Shown here: positions 38,468 through 51,331 of the stretch, piece by piece
How positions within the stretch are numbered: position 1 is the stretch's first letter
Layout of the letters: every line of letters begins with the position of its first letter
Assembly (NCBI GenBank): GCA_951406725.2
Contig: OX597823.1
Location: forward strand, 6,138,001 to 6,202,000
Source: Octopus vulgaris
Lineage: Eukaryota
Length of the DNA: 64,000 nucleotides
Reading direction: 5' to 3'
Position numbers and translations under genes: made by a program
The notes under the pieces: generated by a model
Databases searched by the model: none
Seen by the model: the letters and a program-made list of their open reading frames with translations, nothing else
Told to the model about the DNA's origin: nothing

Positions 38468-39334
38468 AACATGCACTTAAATGAAACTGGAAGCCGACAT
38501 AATAAATTTAAGAGATTTAAAAGATGAACGATGATAATTTAATCAAGTGTAATGCAGATATTCCCATCATCTCCAAATCTCTATAAAGGCAGACGGTATT
38601 AACAAAGAACTACATACTTGTTTCTCTCGCAGACGTTTAATTATCGTTACATAATTGAATTCAGACATAACGCTCATTTCGAGGTGACATGCTGAGGGCA
38701 TTTCCCGCCTGACTGAGTTTTTGTACTAATAGTTACCCCCACCATCCGTCTGTGTCTCTCTCTCTTTCAATAAAATGGCTTTCTTTGCGATGTCAAAGAG
38801 TCAAAGTTTTTATGTGGTTGCTGAGCCTGGTAGAAATAGCAGCCAAATCTCCTTCACCTTGTACCATATAGACTTTTAAAACAAGTGGCAGAGCAGGTAA
38901 ACGTACAATGGATAATGTAACTCTAAATAAACTATGTGTGAAAAAGAAATAACAAAAAAACACAGGAATAGCTGTGTGGTAAGAAGTTTGCTTCCCAACC
39001 ACATGGTTTAAGGTTCAGTCCCACTGTGTGGCACCTTGGGCAAGTGTCTTCCACTTTCACCTCGGCCTGACCAAAGCCTTGTGAATATATTTGGTAGAGG
39101 AAAGTTGAAAGAAGCTTGTTATGTACGTTTGCCAGTTCCACTCAAACTGTCCAATCCATCCATGCCAGCCTGGAAAATGGACATTAAGTGATGAGGATGA
39201 TGGATTGGAAGAACCATTAGGAACTTCTGTGAGAAGTACCTTGCAGTATTTCTTTAATCTTCTAAGTTCCAATTCTGCCAAGATCAACTTTACTTTTCCT
39301 CAATCCAGGGTCAAAAAAATAAGTTACTGAAACC

Positions 39335-39765
39335 ATTTACTCCTTATGGGTCATAGGAGGTCTTTCATGACTTTTCTTCAATGTTCTCAACTCTGTGCTG
39401 TCATTTCTGCATCACTTCAGTTGGATCCTGGTTTTTTGGGCCTTGCAGTTTCCTTTCAGATTTTGCTACTCCTGTACCTTGTTTCCATGGTGGAAGGCCT
39501 TCCTCTCTTTGAATTGTCCTCATCGCTTCTGTAACTTTGCTTTCTTCTAAATAGGAATGTAGGCCCTAGGCAAACCCATTTTCACCTCTATGAAGCGAAA
39601 ATCCATATTAACCTGACCCCTATCCTTTGATCTGTCCAGCATGGATGGCCCTACCTGGAGCTTGTGTTTCACTGACATTGCCCTCAAGTTCAATGTGACA
39701 CACAAGGCACCACACAGCAACAAGAACCAGATCTGGCAGTGGTTTGAGGTCAGTGGCATCAGCTA
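39335..39765 (-). mobile_element. Internally deleted (bipartite) RTE derivative
   Basis: Minus 5' part GCTCCAGGTAGGGCCATCCATGCTGGACAGATCAAAGGATAGG resembles recalled RTE 5' UTRs; 3' part translates KRGRP..., DAEMTAQS*EH*RKV (RTE C-terminus). Confidence 0.55.
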
Positions 39766-39986
39766 ACCCCCTCCCCTCAAACTTGTGAGCCTTGTGCTAA
39801 GAGAAATTATTATTATTATTATTATTATTACAAAGACAGCAAGCCGATGGAATCATTAGAAAGCCAGTATTTGTTCTAGCTTTTTACATTCTGAGGTCAA
39901 ATCCTGTTGAGATCAACTTTGCCTTTCATCCCCTTAGGATTGATAAACTAAAATACCTGCCAAACACCAGGTTTCATGATTTAAAT

Positions 39987-40299
39987 TAGTGGTTCTCAAC
40001 CAGGGTCCAAGATTTTTGTTGGGCTATAAATCGATTATTCTTCTACAATACACAAAATATCAATTTTTTTTAGACAATTCCTAATAATACTCTTTACTCT
40101 TTTACTTGTTTCAGTTGACTGTGGCCATGCTGGAGCACCACCTTTAGTCAAGCAAAACTACCCCAGGACTTATTCTTTGTAAGCCTAGTACTTATTCTAT
40201 TGGTTCCTTTTGCTACACTGCTAAGTTACGGGGACAAAAACACACCACCATCGGTTGTCAAGCAATGTTGGGGGGGAAAACACAGACACACAAACATAC

Positions 40300-40348
<49 letters not shown>

Positions 40349-40639
40349 GATGGGCTTCTTTCAGTTTCCGTCTACCAAATCCACTCACAAGGCTTTGGTC
40401 GGCCCGAGTCTATAGTAGAAGACACTTGCCCAAGGTGCCACGTAGGTTCGTAAGCAAGCTAGTTACCATGTGGTTCGTAAGCATGTGGTTCATAAGCAAG
40501 CTAGTTACCAGACAGCCACTCCTGTCAATTATAAAAGTATAATGGGATTTTTAAAACATTGAACAGCTATGGGGGGGGGGGGTCCACCTGAGTAAAAAAG
40601 AAAAAGGAATAAAAAGGTAAAAATGGTTAAGAATCACTG
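39987..40639. mobile_element. hAT (Charlie-like) MITE with nested SINE A (40090-40523, minus)
   Basis: TIRs TAGTGGTTCTCAACC / GGTTAAGAATCACTG; TSD ATTTAAAT / ATTTAGAT. Confidence 0.82.
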
Positions 40640-40871
40640 ATTTAGATTAAGCCCCTCCCTTCAAAACTGCCAACTTTATTATTACTATCCTTCCTTTGTC
40701 GAAAAAAGAAACTCAGATGTTATTAGGATGTTTCATTTAAAGAAAGGGGAGATAATTTCAAACTATTAAGAACACATTCCAGAAAAAATTTAATTTCCAT
40801 GCCTGAGGCTACAAACAAATAAATAAAAATGTGTGTAATTATAAGTCTAATTATAAATATGTCTGTTATAT

Positions 40872-40929
<58 letters not shown>

Positions 40930-41104
40930 CGACTGCGTGTTATAAATGATACTTTATATCAACTGTATCTTAATTGCTTGGAGAAGAAATAAATCATAAT
41001 ATAAGTAACAAATTGAAGGGAAGGAAAAGAAGAAATATGAAAGAGATTCCTATTTCTCCCGAGATCTTAAAGTACAGACTCATCCATTGCTTTCTATATA
41101 TATA

Positions 41105-41250
41105 TCATCATCATCATCATCACTTAGCGTCCGCTTTCCATGCTTGCATGGGTTGGACTGTTCGACTGGGGTCTGTGAAGTCGGAAGGCTGCATCAGGCC
41201 CAGTCTGATCTGGCAGTGTTTCTACGGCTGGATGCCCTTCCTAACGCCAA
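41105..41250 (-). mobile_element. Family D 3' fragment
   Basis: (CAT)n...CATGGGTTGGAC...GGATGCCCTTCCTAACGCCAA. Confidence 0.88.
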
Positions 41251-41289
<39 letters not shown>

Positions 41290-41850
41290 CATAAACACAT
41301 AGACATACACACAGATGCATTCAGATACAAACGTACAGACACACAGACAGACACATGTACACACGCATATAAAAACCTAGACACTCTGTACACAAACCTA
41401 ACAGCTCTTCTAACACAGAACACTCACCACACAGCCACTCCCTCATACACGTACACCCACCCACACACACACACATATAAAGTCAGTACTAAGAGAGAGA
41501 GAAAAATTGCTAAAAAATGCAGTCAAATCTCTCTAAAGTTACTTCCCGATGTCTTAGAAAGAGAAGGCCACTTTGGAAATGATGAAAAAAAGTAACAAAA
41601 CAGAATGGGATGATCACGAGGTGTATGTATCTATTCAGTAAGAGTTGACCCGTGGTTAAACAACACCACACACAATAATGAGGGAGCTTATGAAGAAGAA
41701 GCAGTGTGGTTGCTTAATATACTAAAAATAGCAGCCAGAACTCCCTGAAATCACCCCCTCCTGTTTTAAAAGGGGAAAAGTAAAGGGCAAATTGAATAAT
41801 GTAGTTTCATATATGGTGTGGCTAGTTTATGCGCGCGCACACACACACAC

Positions 41851-41971
<121 letters not shown>

Positions 41972-42179
41972 TACATACATATACACCACCAATCTCACAT
42001 ATATATTCACAAACCACTGAAACTATATTGACTCAAACAAAGAAGCCTTGTCCCTTTGTTAGAGACTGGTTTGGATTCTAGGGAGGAGAGGGGGAAAAGG
42101 AAAGAAAGGTAGGAAGGAAAGAAGGAAGGAAGGCATACATGCATGTACGTACGCACATATGCACGCATGTACATACATA

Positions 42180-42761
42180 TGTAGCGGTGATTCGAAACCG
42201 AACTGCTAAGTGACTGATAAGACATCACGAGCAAACCACAACAATTCACGCGATCAGTTTATTAAGCAACCAATCAGCATCAGGCTACCACGTGATTGAA
42301 TCGTCCCCTTCTGCCCTATAAAAAGCCGCTTTTGGCGCCCAAACTCTTTGCAGAGTGTTGAAAGCAGCCGACTTATTCACACGTCTCACCTTTTTTGCCA
42401 TCGCAAGAATGTTGAGGCAGCCGCACGTTGTCTCCATTCTCACCACTGCCAGACAGTTAAGACAGATGGCAGACTGTCGACGGCAGTCTCCGTCACCGCG
42501 AATACAGCACAATTGTTTCCAGCTGATAGACCTGTCACAGATTGCTGTAACAGTAAGCTTGCCGTAAACACCAACCAGTGGGTCTCTCTCAGTATGTAAT
42601 TATTGCTAATTCTGTGTCCAATAATAAAATCTACTGTTAATTGTTCGCGGTTGTTGTCTGTTACTTCTTCACGCAGTCCATGAAACACATATTTATTCAT
42701 CAACTCAGCAAGTCATCCCCTCAGACCAGCCAACCAAAACAATCGCTCGTGACTCATTACA
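42180..42761 (+). mobile_element. Solo LTR (probably Gypsy/Ty3 type)
   Basis: TGTA...TACA termini, CCAAT 42270, CACGTG 42289, TATAAAA 42317, AATAAA 42623; GC-richer than flanks; TSD imperfect (CATA left, overlapping CATA right). Confidence 0.72.
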
Positions 42762-43072
42762 TACGTGGTGATATTAGTGTGTCCCAAAGGCGTTACGTAT
42801 TCAGAACTCCATAAATCCAATTAGAATCAATTCCTCTTCAAATTATAGTCATGACATGAGTTGTACTAAGTATTACAAAATTACGAAACACTCACCAAAT
42901 CTGATGATGCAACAACCATTTACAACCGTCCGCTGGGCTTCGTACCACGACTCCTATTCACAGTTGTTAAAAGGTGACAATCTTTCAGGGCCTGATGCCT
43001 TTGCCATGAACAAAATGTAGAACTGACAGAAAAGAATTTAACAGTTCTGTTGATAGTTCAATTACACTAAAC

Positions 43073-43245
43073 CAGCGCCCGTCAGACCCTTTAATATCCG
43101 GGTCAGATCTAAAATCAGGATTTTTTAGGGGGCTGCACCGGAAAAAGTAAAACATGAGTCAATTAACGAAAATTTTATAATACTTGTAGAAGAAAGACCG
43201 TCGAGGGTCGCAGGAGGCTCTGGGAGCCGCCGTTGAGAACCGCTG
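43073..43245. mobile_element. hAT MITE remnant
   Basis: CAGCG...GTTGAGAACCGCTG ends; TSD CACTAAAC / CACTTAAT. Confidence 0.55.
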
Positions 43246-43267
43246 CACTTAATACTTTTTCGGTACA

Positions 43268-43632
43268 TAGGAATGGCTGTGTGGTAAGTAGCTTCCTTAC
43301 CAGTCATATGGTTCCGGGTTCAGTCCCACTGCATGGCACCTTGGGCAAGTGTCTTCTACTATAGCCTCGGGCCGACCAAAGCCTTGTGAGTGGATCTCGT
43401 AGACGGAAACTGAAAGAAACCTGTCATATGTTTGTGAGTCTGTTTGTCCCCATTAACGTTTGAAAACTGACCGATGCTGGTGTGTTTACGTCCCCGTAAC
43501 TTAGCGGCACGGCAAAAGAGACCGGTAGAATAAGTATTAGGCTTCCAAAGAATAAGTCCTAGGGTTGATTTGTTCGACTAAAGGCAGTGCACCAGCATGG
43601 CCGCAGTCAAATGACTGAAACAAGTTCAAGAG
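43268..43632 (+). mobile_element. SINE family A
   Basis: Matches the 17142 copy from head to tail. Confidence 0.92.
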
Positions 43633-44526
43633 TGTATGTTATATTTGCACATAAAGTTTCAAAACTTAAGCACATTTCGGCTACACAGGGGCTGGGTGGG
43701 GGGGGGGGTAAATTTGCTCGTTCTAGATTCATATGTACTATTATAAATTTTTGAAATTTGAGGTCAAGAAGAAAGTTTCAAGTAGACCTATTTAGTGTGA
43801 AAACAAAATCTCTTTTTACTTTCTCCCACTTTGGATTTAACGATCTGTAGTGTTTGCTCCAAAATGACTGTGGCACTAATGGAATAGTCTAACCGATAAA
43901 ATATGGCACTAATAGAATAGTCTAACTGATAAAATAAGAAGTTAGTCTTAACTTAAAATCGTAAGTCTGTAAGACAAATTGCTTAGCACCATTTCTTCCA
44001 GCTCTTTACATCTTTTAGATTTTGAGTTCAAATCCCGGTTTCCATCTAATCAACGAAACCGCTTACTCTAATAAATAGATAAATAAATAAAATCGCTAGC
44101 TTTGTGCAAAAGTTTGAAACCAAAGGCAGCGAGATGGCAGAATCGTTAACAAGTAGGACAACAATGCTGAGTAGTATTCCTTCCGACTCTTTAAGTTTTG
44201 AGTTCAAATCCTACCAAAGTCAGTTTTGCTTTTCATTCCTTTGGGATCGATAAAATAAAGTACCAGTCAAAGTACTGCAGTCGAGATAATCGACCAGCCA
44301 ACTCCCACCAAAAATTTGTTCGTCTGAAACCTACATTTGAAACCTTTATTAATAAATAAATGAAATAATGTCGTTTTGGGTTATTTTTGTTGTTATTTGA
44401 ACTTAAAATAATAACGTTTTGTTTTCTTTTTAATTTCCTCTTCGGCGGTTGTTTTCTCACGGTTCACATTTGAATGGAACTTAAATTACAAAACAAAACA
44501 AATGAATTTACTTTCAAAAAGATGTT

Positions 44527-44912
44527 AGGCGCCAGCATGGCAGGGTGGTTAAGAAGTTCGCTTCGCAACCACGCGGTTTCAGGTTCAGTTCTGCTGCGTG
44601 GCAGCTTGGGCAAGCCGACCAATGCCTTTTGAGTGAATTTGGTAGATGGAAACTGAAAGAAGCCAGTTTTATGAAAGAATTTGGTAGATAGAAACTGAAA
44701 GAAGCCAGTTTTATGCGTGTGATTGTGTTTGTCCTTCGACAACCGGTGTTGGTTTGATTACATCACCAAAATTTAGCGCTTTGGCAAAAGAGACCGACAG
44801 AATAAGCACCAGGCTAAAAATAAAAAAAAAGAAGTCTCGGAATCGATTTGTTCAGTTAAACCTTGAAGGTGGTGCCCCAGCATGGCCGCAGTCCAATGAG
44901 TGACACGAGATA
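44527..44912 (+). mobile_element. SINE family A with an internal ~40-bp duplication
   Basis: GAATTTGGTAGATRGAAACTGAAAGAAGCCAGTTTTATG occurs twice (44635-44714). Confidence 0.88.
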
Positions 44913-45589
44913 AAAGATACATGACAAAGGGAACCAAATAGAAACGGAGCGAGAATGGTTTATAACTCCAATTCCCAAGGACGCGTCCATAAAACACATG
45001 CAGGCAGGCAGGCAGGCAGGCGGACCCGGAAACTGAGAAATCAACACAAATGTTACTCCTGAACAGCCGCAACTTGACAGGTGCAAGAAGAACGTATGCA
45101 TGGAGGGTATTTTAGAGGGGCTGACGTTCTTAGGGAGTAAGAATTAGTTCAAGTGGTTCTTGCAATATCAAGGGAGGTAGGGAAGGACACGGAAGGGTTC
45201 ATACGTCAAATGATATTAAAAGAAAAAAAAAAAAAGAAGGGGAGAAAGAGTGACACTGAAATAGAGCCGTCTTTCGAAACCGGAACAAATTTTTCTTAGT
45301 CGTAGAGAAATACAAACACACAGGAACAAAAGGTAGAGATAGATACACACGTATACACACGTATACACTCATGTATGACTTAGGAACACAGGCAGCAGAC
45401 GTCCAAACGGTTACATACGAACGGACAGAGATGTTAATTAAGAGTGAACGCTTTTATTTAGGAACGAACTTGTTTCTTTACGCTTTCATTGATGAATAGT
45501 GACAGGAGAGGACTGGGTGACATGGAGATGGCAGAAAGGAGAAGGTGGAGAAGATCTGTGAGAGTGGGGTGAAGAAAAGATGGTGGCGG

Positions 45590-45810
45590 TGGTGGTGGTG
45601 GTGGTGGTAGGGAGAGGAAATGGAGGAAGAGAGATGATGATGAAGAAGAAGAAGAAGAAGAAGAAGAGGTGGTGGTGGTGGGGAGAGGAAATGGAGGAAG
45701 AGAGATGATGAAGAAGAAGAAGAAGAGGTGGTGGTGGTGGTAGGGAGAGGAAATGGAGGAAGAGAGATGATGATGATGAAGAAGAAGAAGAAGAAGAAGA
45801 AGAAGAAAGC
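45590..45810. repeat. Three-copy purine-rich compound minisatellite
   Basis: (GGT)n-GGGAGAGGAAATGGAGGAAGAGAGA-(TGA)n-(AGA)n repeated three times. Confidence 0.92.
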
Positions 45811-46915
45811 AAAGTAGAAAATCGGAAACAAGCGAAAATGAAACGTAAAGAAAACAAAGAAAAAAATCCGAGGAGAAAACGATGGAAAAGAAAGCAAAGA
45901 AAAAGAAGAGAAAAAAATAAAAATAAAATGAAAAAAGAAGAAAACGAAATGAAGAAAAAAAAAACGAAGAGAAAAAAGCGAAGGAAAACGAAGGATAAAG
46001 CGAAGAAGAAAAACGAGGAAGAAGCAAAGCACGTGGAAGAGCTGTATACAATATCTAAAAAAACAGACGAGATGGTCCGGGATGGAAGGTCTCTTTGATC
46101 ATTGGTCTGACCAATCAGAGCCATGCAACAATACCATCACGATTATCATTACCCCCACCACCACCACCATTACTACCACAACTAACAGCAACAGAAGCAT
46201 GAACGCCAATAAGGCCCCTCTCTATTTTTCGTACCCTACCATCTCCCCCTCCTCCCCCGGCTGCCTTCCATTTAGGACCAGGAGCAGCAGCAGCAGCAGC
46301 AGCAGCACATGTTCAAATCAATTTGGAATTTAAGATATCTTGACGTCTTCCGTATTGTTACTGCTACTGTTGTTGTTGTTGTTGTTATTGTTAGCCTTTG
46401 ACCCATCACAATGACATCAACACCCCGCCCCCGCATTTCCTGAGGCCCCTACCACATAACTATACAATTCCCCTCAACCCACAACCAACATGGCTGTACC
46501 GTTTCCTCGTTCGCTTTCTGTCTGTCTCCCAGAACCGAGACAAGGTTCTTTTACTCGCAGTCCAAGACAACTTTGAACCATTTATAAAAATATCCATTTA
46601 TGACACAGTCCAATTCTTTGTTCGTTCTAGCAGGAGCAACGTGAAATAAAGTGTCTTGCTCAAGGATGCAACGTACCGCCAGGACTCGAGCGCACGACCT
46701 AATGATCGAGAGCCGAATACCCTAACAACCGCCTTCGCATTTAATGATATAACAATTAGAATGAAAGCAGTAAAGTATAAATTTCAGATACAGTTCAGAT
46801 TTTATGTGCAACAGCTGTTTCATTAAGATAAACACCATTAAACATATAATTTAAATTTAAATTAATTCAAAGACCACGAACACCCAAACCATCAGGAATA
46901 TTACATACATAGATA

Positions 46916-47194
46916 TCACGTGATTACGTGACCGACCAGACCATCAGATGTTGCTACACATCGCTGGTCACAATGCGTTCGCATTGTTTTGGCTAAGCGA
47001 GCAGGCCAACAGAAGAAACAGTGAGAGAAAGAGTGGTGAAAGAGTACAGCAGGGATCGCCACCCCCTGCCGGAGCCTCGTGGAGCTATTAGGTGTTTTCG
47101 CTAAATAAACACACATAACGCCCGGTCTGGGAATCGAAACCGCGATCCTACGACCGCGAGTCCGCTGCCCTAACCACTGGGCCACTGCGCCTCC
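46916..47194 (-). mobile_element. SINE family C
   Basis: Head nearly identical to the 12955 copy; A and B boxes intact. Confidence 0.9.
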
Positions 47195-47971
47195 ACACAT
47201 AGATATACAGACACATAAATTGACTTCAAACCCCAGACTTCATATGCTTGTGTACATGCATGTCTATATAGGCGAATTATTCCCTTTAGGGTTGCTGACA
47301 TTGTATTATAACATGATGCAAGGAAAAGAATTTCCGCCTCTAAAAGATATTCCTGTGTACAATATTCTTTATGATTATTCTGCAAAATATTTATCTACTT
47401 TCCCTTTTCTCAGAATTCAATCCCAAGGGCTTCGCAACGTCCCCCTCTCCTATTTCGTAGATTATTTGATTAGAACGACACTATACGATGTTAGCCCAAA
47501 TAGCAAATGTTTGCAAAAACAACTTATGGAGTGTCCCACTGATTCTGTTGGGATCCGGGTATTTGTTGAGCCGTTAGGGTATCAGGCAATCGGTTGAGGA
47601 AACTGTAGTTTGAATTTTAGTATCCAAGCTGTGCTTGGTTCAGGATCAAGAAAGACTCTTAACTGTCAATGATCCAGTTCCATTCTGCTTAAAAAAGAAG
47701 TCTGAAAATCATCCGTAATCTCAGACTAGCAAAATCTATAGAAAAAGAAGCCAGTTCTGTATAACCACGGCGAAAGTTTTAGATATGAACCACAAGATCA
47801 CAAAGTTTTGGGGAGTGTATAGTCTAATTTTACTGAAATGTATGTAGTATGTACGTACGCAGGTATATACGTACGTACGTTGGTATTTATGAGCCTATGT
47901 ACCCATATATGTATGTACATATGTAACTATGTATGCGTGTACGTATGTACCTATGTTTGTACCTACCACCC

Positions 47972-48250
47972 ATGTATGTATGTATGTATGTATGTATGAT
48001 GTATGTATGTATGATGTATGTATGTATGTATGTATGTATGTATGTATGTATGTATGTATGTATGAATGTATATATGATGTATGTATGTATGTATGTATGT
48101 ATGTATGTATGTATGCATGTATGTATGATGTATGTATGTATGTATGTATGTAATTATGTATGTATGATGTATGTATGTATGTATGTATGTATGTATGTAT
48201 GTATGTATGTATGTATGTATGTATGCATGTATGTATGTATGAATGTATGT
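47972..48250. repeat. (TATG)n microsatellite with TGA interruptions
   Basis: Direct inspection. Confidence 0.95.
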
Positions 48251-48254
48251 TGCA

Positions 48255-48753
48255 TGGTCGGGTCGTCGGCGACTAAACCGGCAACCCCACCAAGCTTGCT
48301 TGGTGAAGAGGGTGTTTATTGGACACCGCGGGATGAAAAACAAAACCCGTCAAAGGGCGGAGGAACTCTTGAGAGTCAATGGCCATCCAATAAATGTCTT
48401 AAGGCTGTATCATGCGCGTAGGACATAGAAATAATCGGACTGAATACCCGATCGCGCGGTTAAACCATTGGGAGTGAAGGACTCCTAGCCTTTGTTAGGG
48501 CATCCTTCTAGGAGAAGGTAACTCAGGTAACTGGGATAACTCCGACATAAAACCTGCGGCTCAGTGGTTACCGATGATGTTGACTTGTTCTCCTTTTCGG
48601 ATTATGGCTGCTGTTGCTTAGTGAGTGGGATTGACTCAGTGCACAGCCTTTCCTCACTTTAAAAGAAAAACTTCTTGCACAGGCATTGCATGATAACAAC
48701 ATTGATTAAGCTTCGTGCAATGGCCATACTCGATAACGAGGGGGCAGCCACCA
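48255..48753 (+). mobile_element. GC-richer, hairpin-dense non-coding insert; probable RTE-UTR-derived non-autonomous element
   Basis: Sharp borders against microsatellite; many hairpins; GGCAACCCCACC, AAAACCCGTCAAAGGGCGGA and TCTAGGAGAAGG resemble recalled RTE 5' UTR motifs. Confidence 0.5.
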
Positions 48754-48769
48754 TATATATGTATGCAAT

Positions 48770-48994
48770 GGCGGCGATCTGGCAGAAACGTTAGCGCGCC
48801 GGGCGAAATGCTTAGCGGTATTTCGTCTGCGTTACGTTGTGAGTTCAAATTCCGCCGAAGTCGACTTTGCCTTTCATCCTCTCGGGGTCGATAAATAAAG
48901 TACCAGTTTCGCAATGGGTCGATGTAATCGACTTATCCCTTTGTCTGTCCTTGTTTGTCCCCTCTATGTTTAGCCCCTTGTGGGTAGTAAAGAA
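48770..48994 (+). mobile_element. Full-length SINE family B
   Basis: Near-identical reverse complement of 14408-14639. Confidence 0.93.
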
Positions 48995-49284
48995 ATATAT
49001 ATATATGTATGCATGTATGTATGAACGTTGAAAAAAGCTACAATGTTTGCGAAGCCCTGACACAGAGGCTCATGAGTTGGCTCAATATTCTGCAATCTCA
49101 CCAGATTCGCAATGAGAAAATCTTATTGAAATGGTGTCTGTTGGTGTTATTTGCAAAACGAGAGAGAAAAGAGAGAAAGTAACAAGTTTTCTTTAAATAT
49201 TGAAGTGTGTTAAGGTATGTTAAGTAAACAGGAAGTGTATACTTCTACCTCTTTTAATTAGATTGATATATATGATATGGTATG

Positions 49285-50045
49285 GTATGTATATATATGT
49301 ATGTATATATGTATGTGTGTATGTATGTATGTATGTATGTATGTGTGTATGTATGTATGTGTGTATGTATGTATGTGTGTATGTGTGTATGTATGTATGT
49401 ATGTATGTGTGTGTGTATATATGTATGTATGTATGTGTGTATGTATGTATGTATGTATGTATGTGTGTGTGTATGTATGTATGTATGTGTGTATGTATGT
49501 ATGTGTGTGTGTGTATGTATGCATGTATGTGTGTATGTATGTATATATGTATGTATGTGTATGTATGCATGTATGTGTGTATGTATGTATATATGTATGT
49601 ATGTGTGTGTGTATGTACGTATGTATGTGTGTGTGTATGTATGTATGTATGTTTGTATGTATGTATGTATGTATGTATGTATGTATGTATGTGTGTGTGT
49701 GTATGTATGTATGTGTGTGTGTATGTATGTATGTATGTATGTATGTATGTATGTATGTATGTGTGTGTGTGTGTGTATGTATATGTATGTATGTATGTAT
49801 GTATGTGTGTGTGTATGTATGTATGTGTGTATGTATGTATGTATGTATGTATGTATGTGTGTATGTATGTATGTATGTATATATGTATGTATGTGTGTGT
49901 GTATGTATGTATGTATGTATGTGTGTATGTATGTATGTATGTATGTATGTGTGTGTATGTATGTATGTATGTATGTATGTATGTATGTATGTATGTGTGT
50001 ATGTATGTGTGTATGTATGTATGTATGTATGTATGTGTGTGCGTG
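49285..50045. repeat. ~760-bp (TATG)/(TG) mosaic microsatellite
   Basis: Direct inspection. Confidence 0.97.
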
Positions 50046-50133
50046 TGTATCCTACACTCCTCACTGTCCAACAGTTCATCATGACTTGCAATGTCATGTA
50101 TGCATGCATGTATATAGGTATGTACGTTTGTGT

Positions 50134-50170
<37 letters not shown>

Positions 50171-50177
50171 CGTGCGC

Positions 50178-50400
50178 TGAGGCGTATGGCTCAGTGGTTA
50201 GGGTGTTGCACTCATGGCTGTAAGATTGTGATTTCGATTTCCGGACAGGGCGGTGTGTTGCGTTCTTGAGCTAGACATTTCATTTCATGTTGCTCTAATT
50301 CACTCAGGTAATCCTGTGTTGGACAGGTGTCCTGTCCAGGTAGGGAATATATACGCCACGGAATCTGGGAAACCAGCCTTATGAGGTCAGGAAGAACCTT
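50178..50400 (+). mobile_element. tRNA-derived SINE related to family C
   Basis: GAGGCGTATGGCTCAGTGGTTAGGG head, ATTTCGATTTCC B box, CTTGAGCTAGACA body. Confidence 0.75.
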
Positions 50401-50883
50401 TGATCTCTTTTGAGATATATAATCCTGCACGCACAGGCTACTTACTCTGGTTCTTTACATTCTGAGTTCAAATACTGCTAATGCCAAATATACCTTTCAT
50501 CTTTCTGGCGATGATAAAATTGAATAACAGTCATCCGTTTGATACAATATGATCGATTACACCTTCTTCCCCACCCCAAACTGGTAAAAAATGTAAAAGC
50601 AAAAATCAATATTACTTTTCAATAGATTTGTTATCGAACTGGCTTCAAATGTTTCTTCTTTTTTTTTTTTTTTTTTTCAAAGTACCAAACTGGATTCGAA
50701 CTTGTAAGCTTTGTCTTTAATCTAAGTGAAATACATGCGTCAGTGATCTAGGAAAATATAGCATTATGACTACTGGTTTAGGAACAAAGGTTCTCTGTTT
50801 AAATTCAAGCTGATGCTGATTAGGGGTCAACCCGATTGAAACGCAGTGTAAATGTAATTTATAATAAAAATATACTTCCTCAA

Positions 50884-51331
50884 GGCGTAGGAGTGGCTGT
50901 GTGGTAAGTAGCTTGCTTACCAACCACATGGTTCCGGGTTCAGTCCCACTGCGTGGCACCTTGGGCAAATGTCTTCTACTATAGCCTCGAGCCGACCAAA
51001 GTCTTGTGAGTGGATTTGGTAGACGGAAACTGAAAGAAGCACGTCGTATACATATGTATATACACACACCACACACACACACATATATATATATATATGT
51101 GTGTATGTGTGTGTGTGTATTGTGTATGTTTGTGTGTCTGTGTTTGTTCCCCCAACATCGCTTGACAACCGATGCTGGTGTGTTTACGTCCCCGTAACTT
51201 AGCCGTTCGGCAAAAGAGACCGATAGAATAAGTACTAGGCTTGCAAAGAATAAGTCCTGGGGTCGATTTGCTCGACTAAAGGCGGTGCTCCAGCACGGTC
51301 GCAGTCAAATGACTGAAACAAGTAAAAGAGT
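50884..51331 (+). mobile_element. Full-length SINE family A
   Basis: Matches the 17142 copy; possible TCAA TSD. Confidence 0.93.

Noticed and set aside
43871-43936. 33-bp direct duplication (also 29-bp at ~58235-58292)
   Set aside because: Ordinary two-copy local duplications with no further structure.
45458-46124. Lys/Arg-rich and Phe/Ser-rich ORFs
   Set aside because: Low-complexity purine tract and minisatellite; no splice or domain support.
46805-46900. Minus-strand GAAACAGCUGUU with upstream CUGAUGG
   Set aside because: A9 is missing and stems I and II cannot be paired; at most a decayed relic.
47220-47597. 125-aa ORF
   Set aside because: No ATG start, AT-rich, no recognisable motif; possibly a decayed element.
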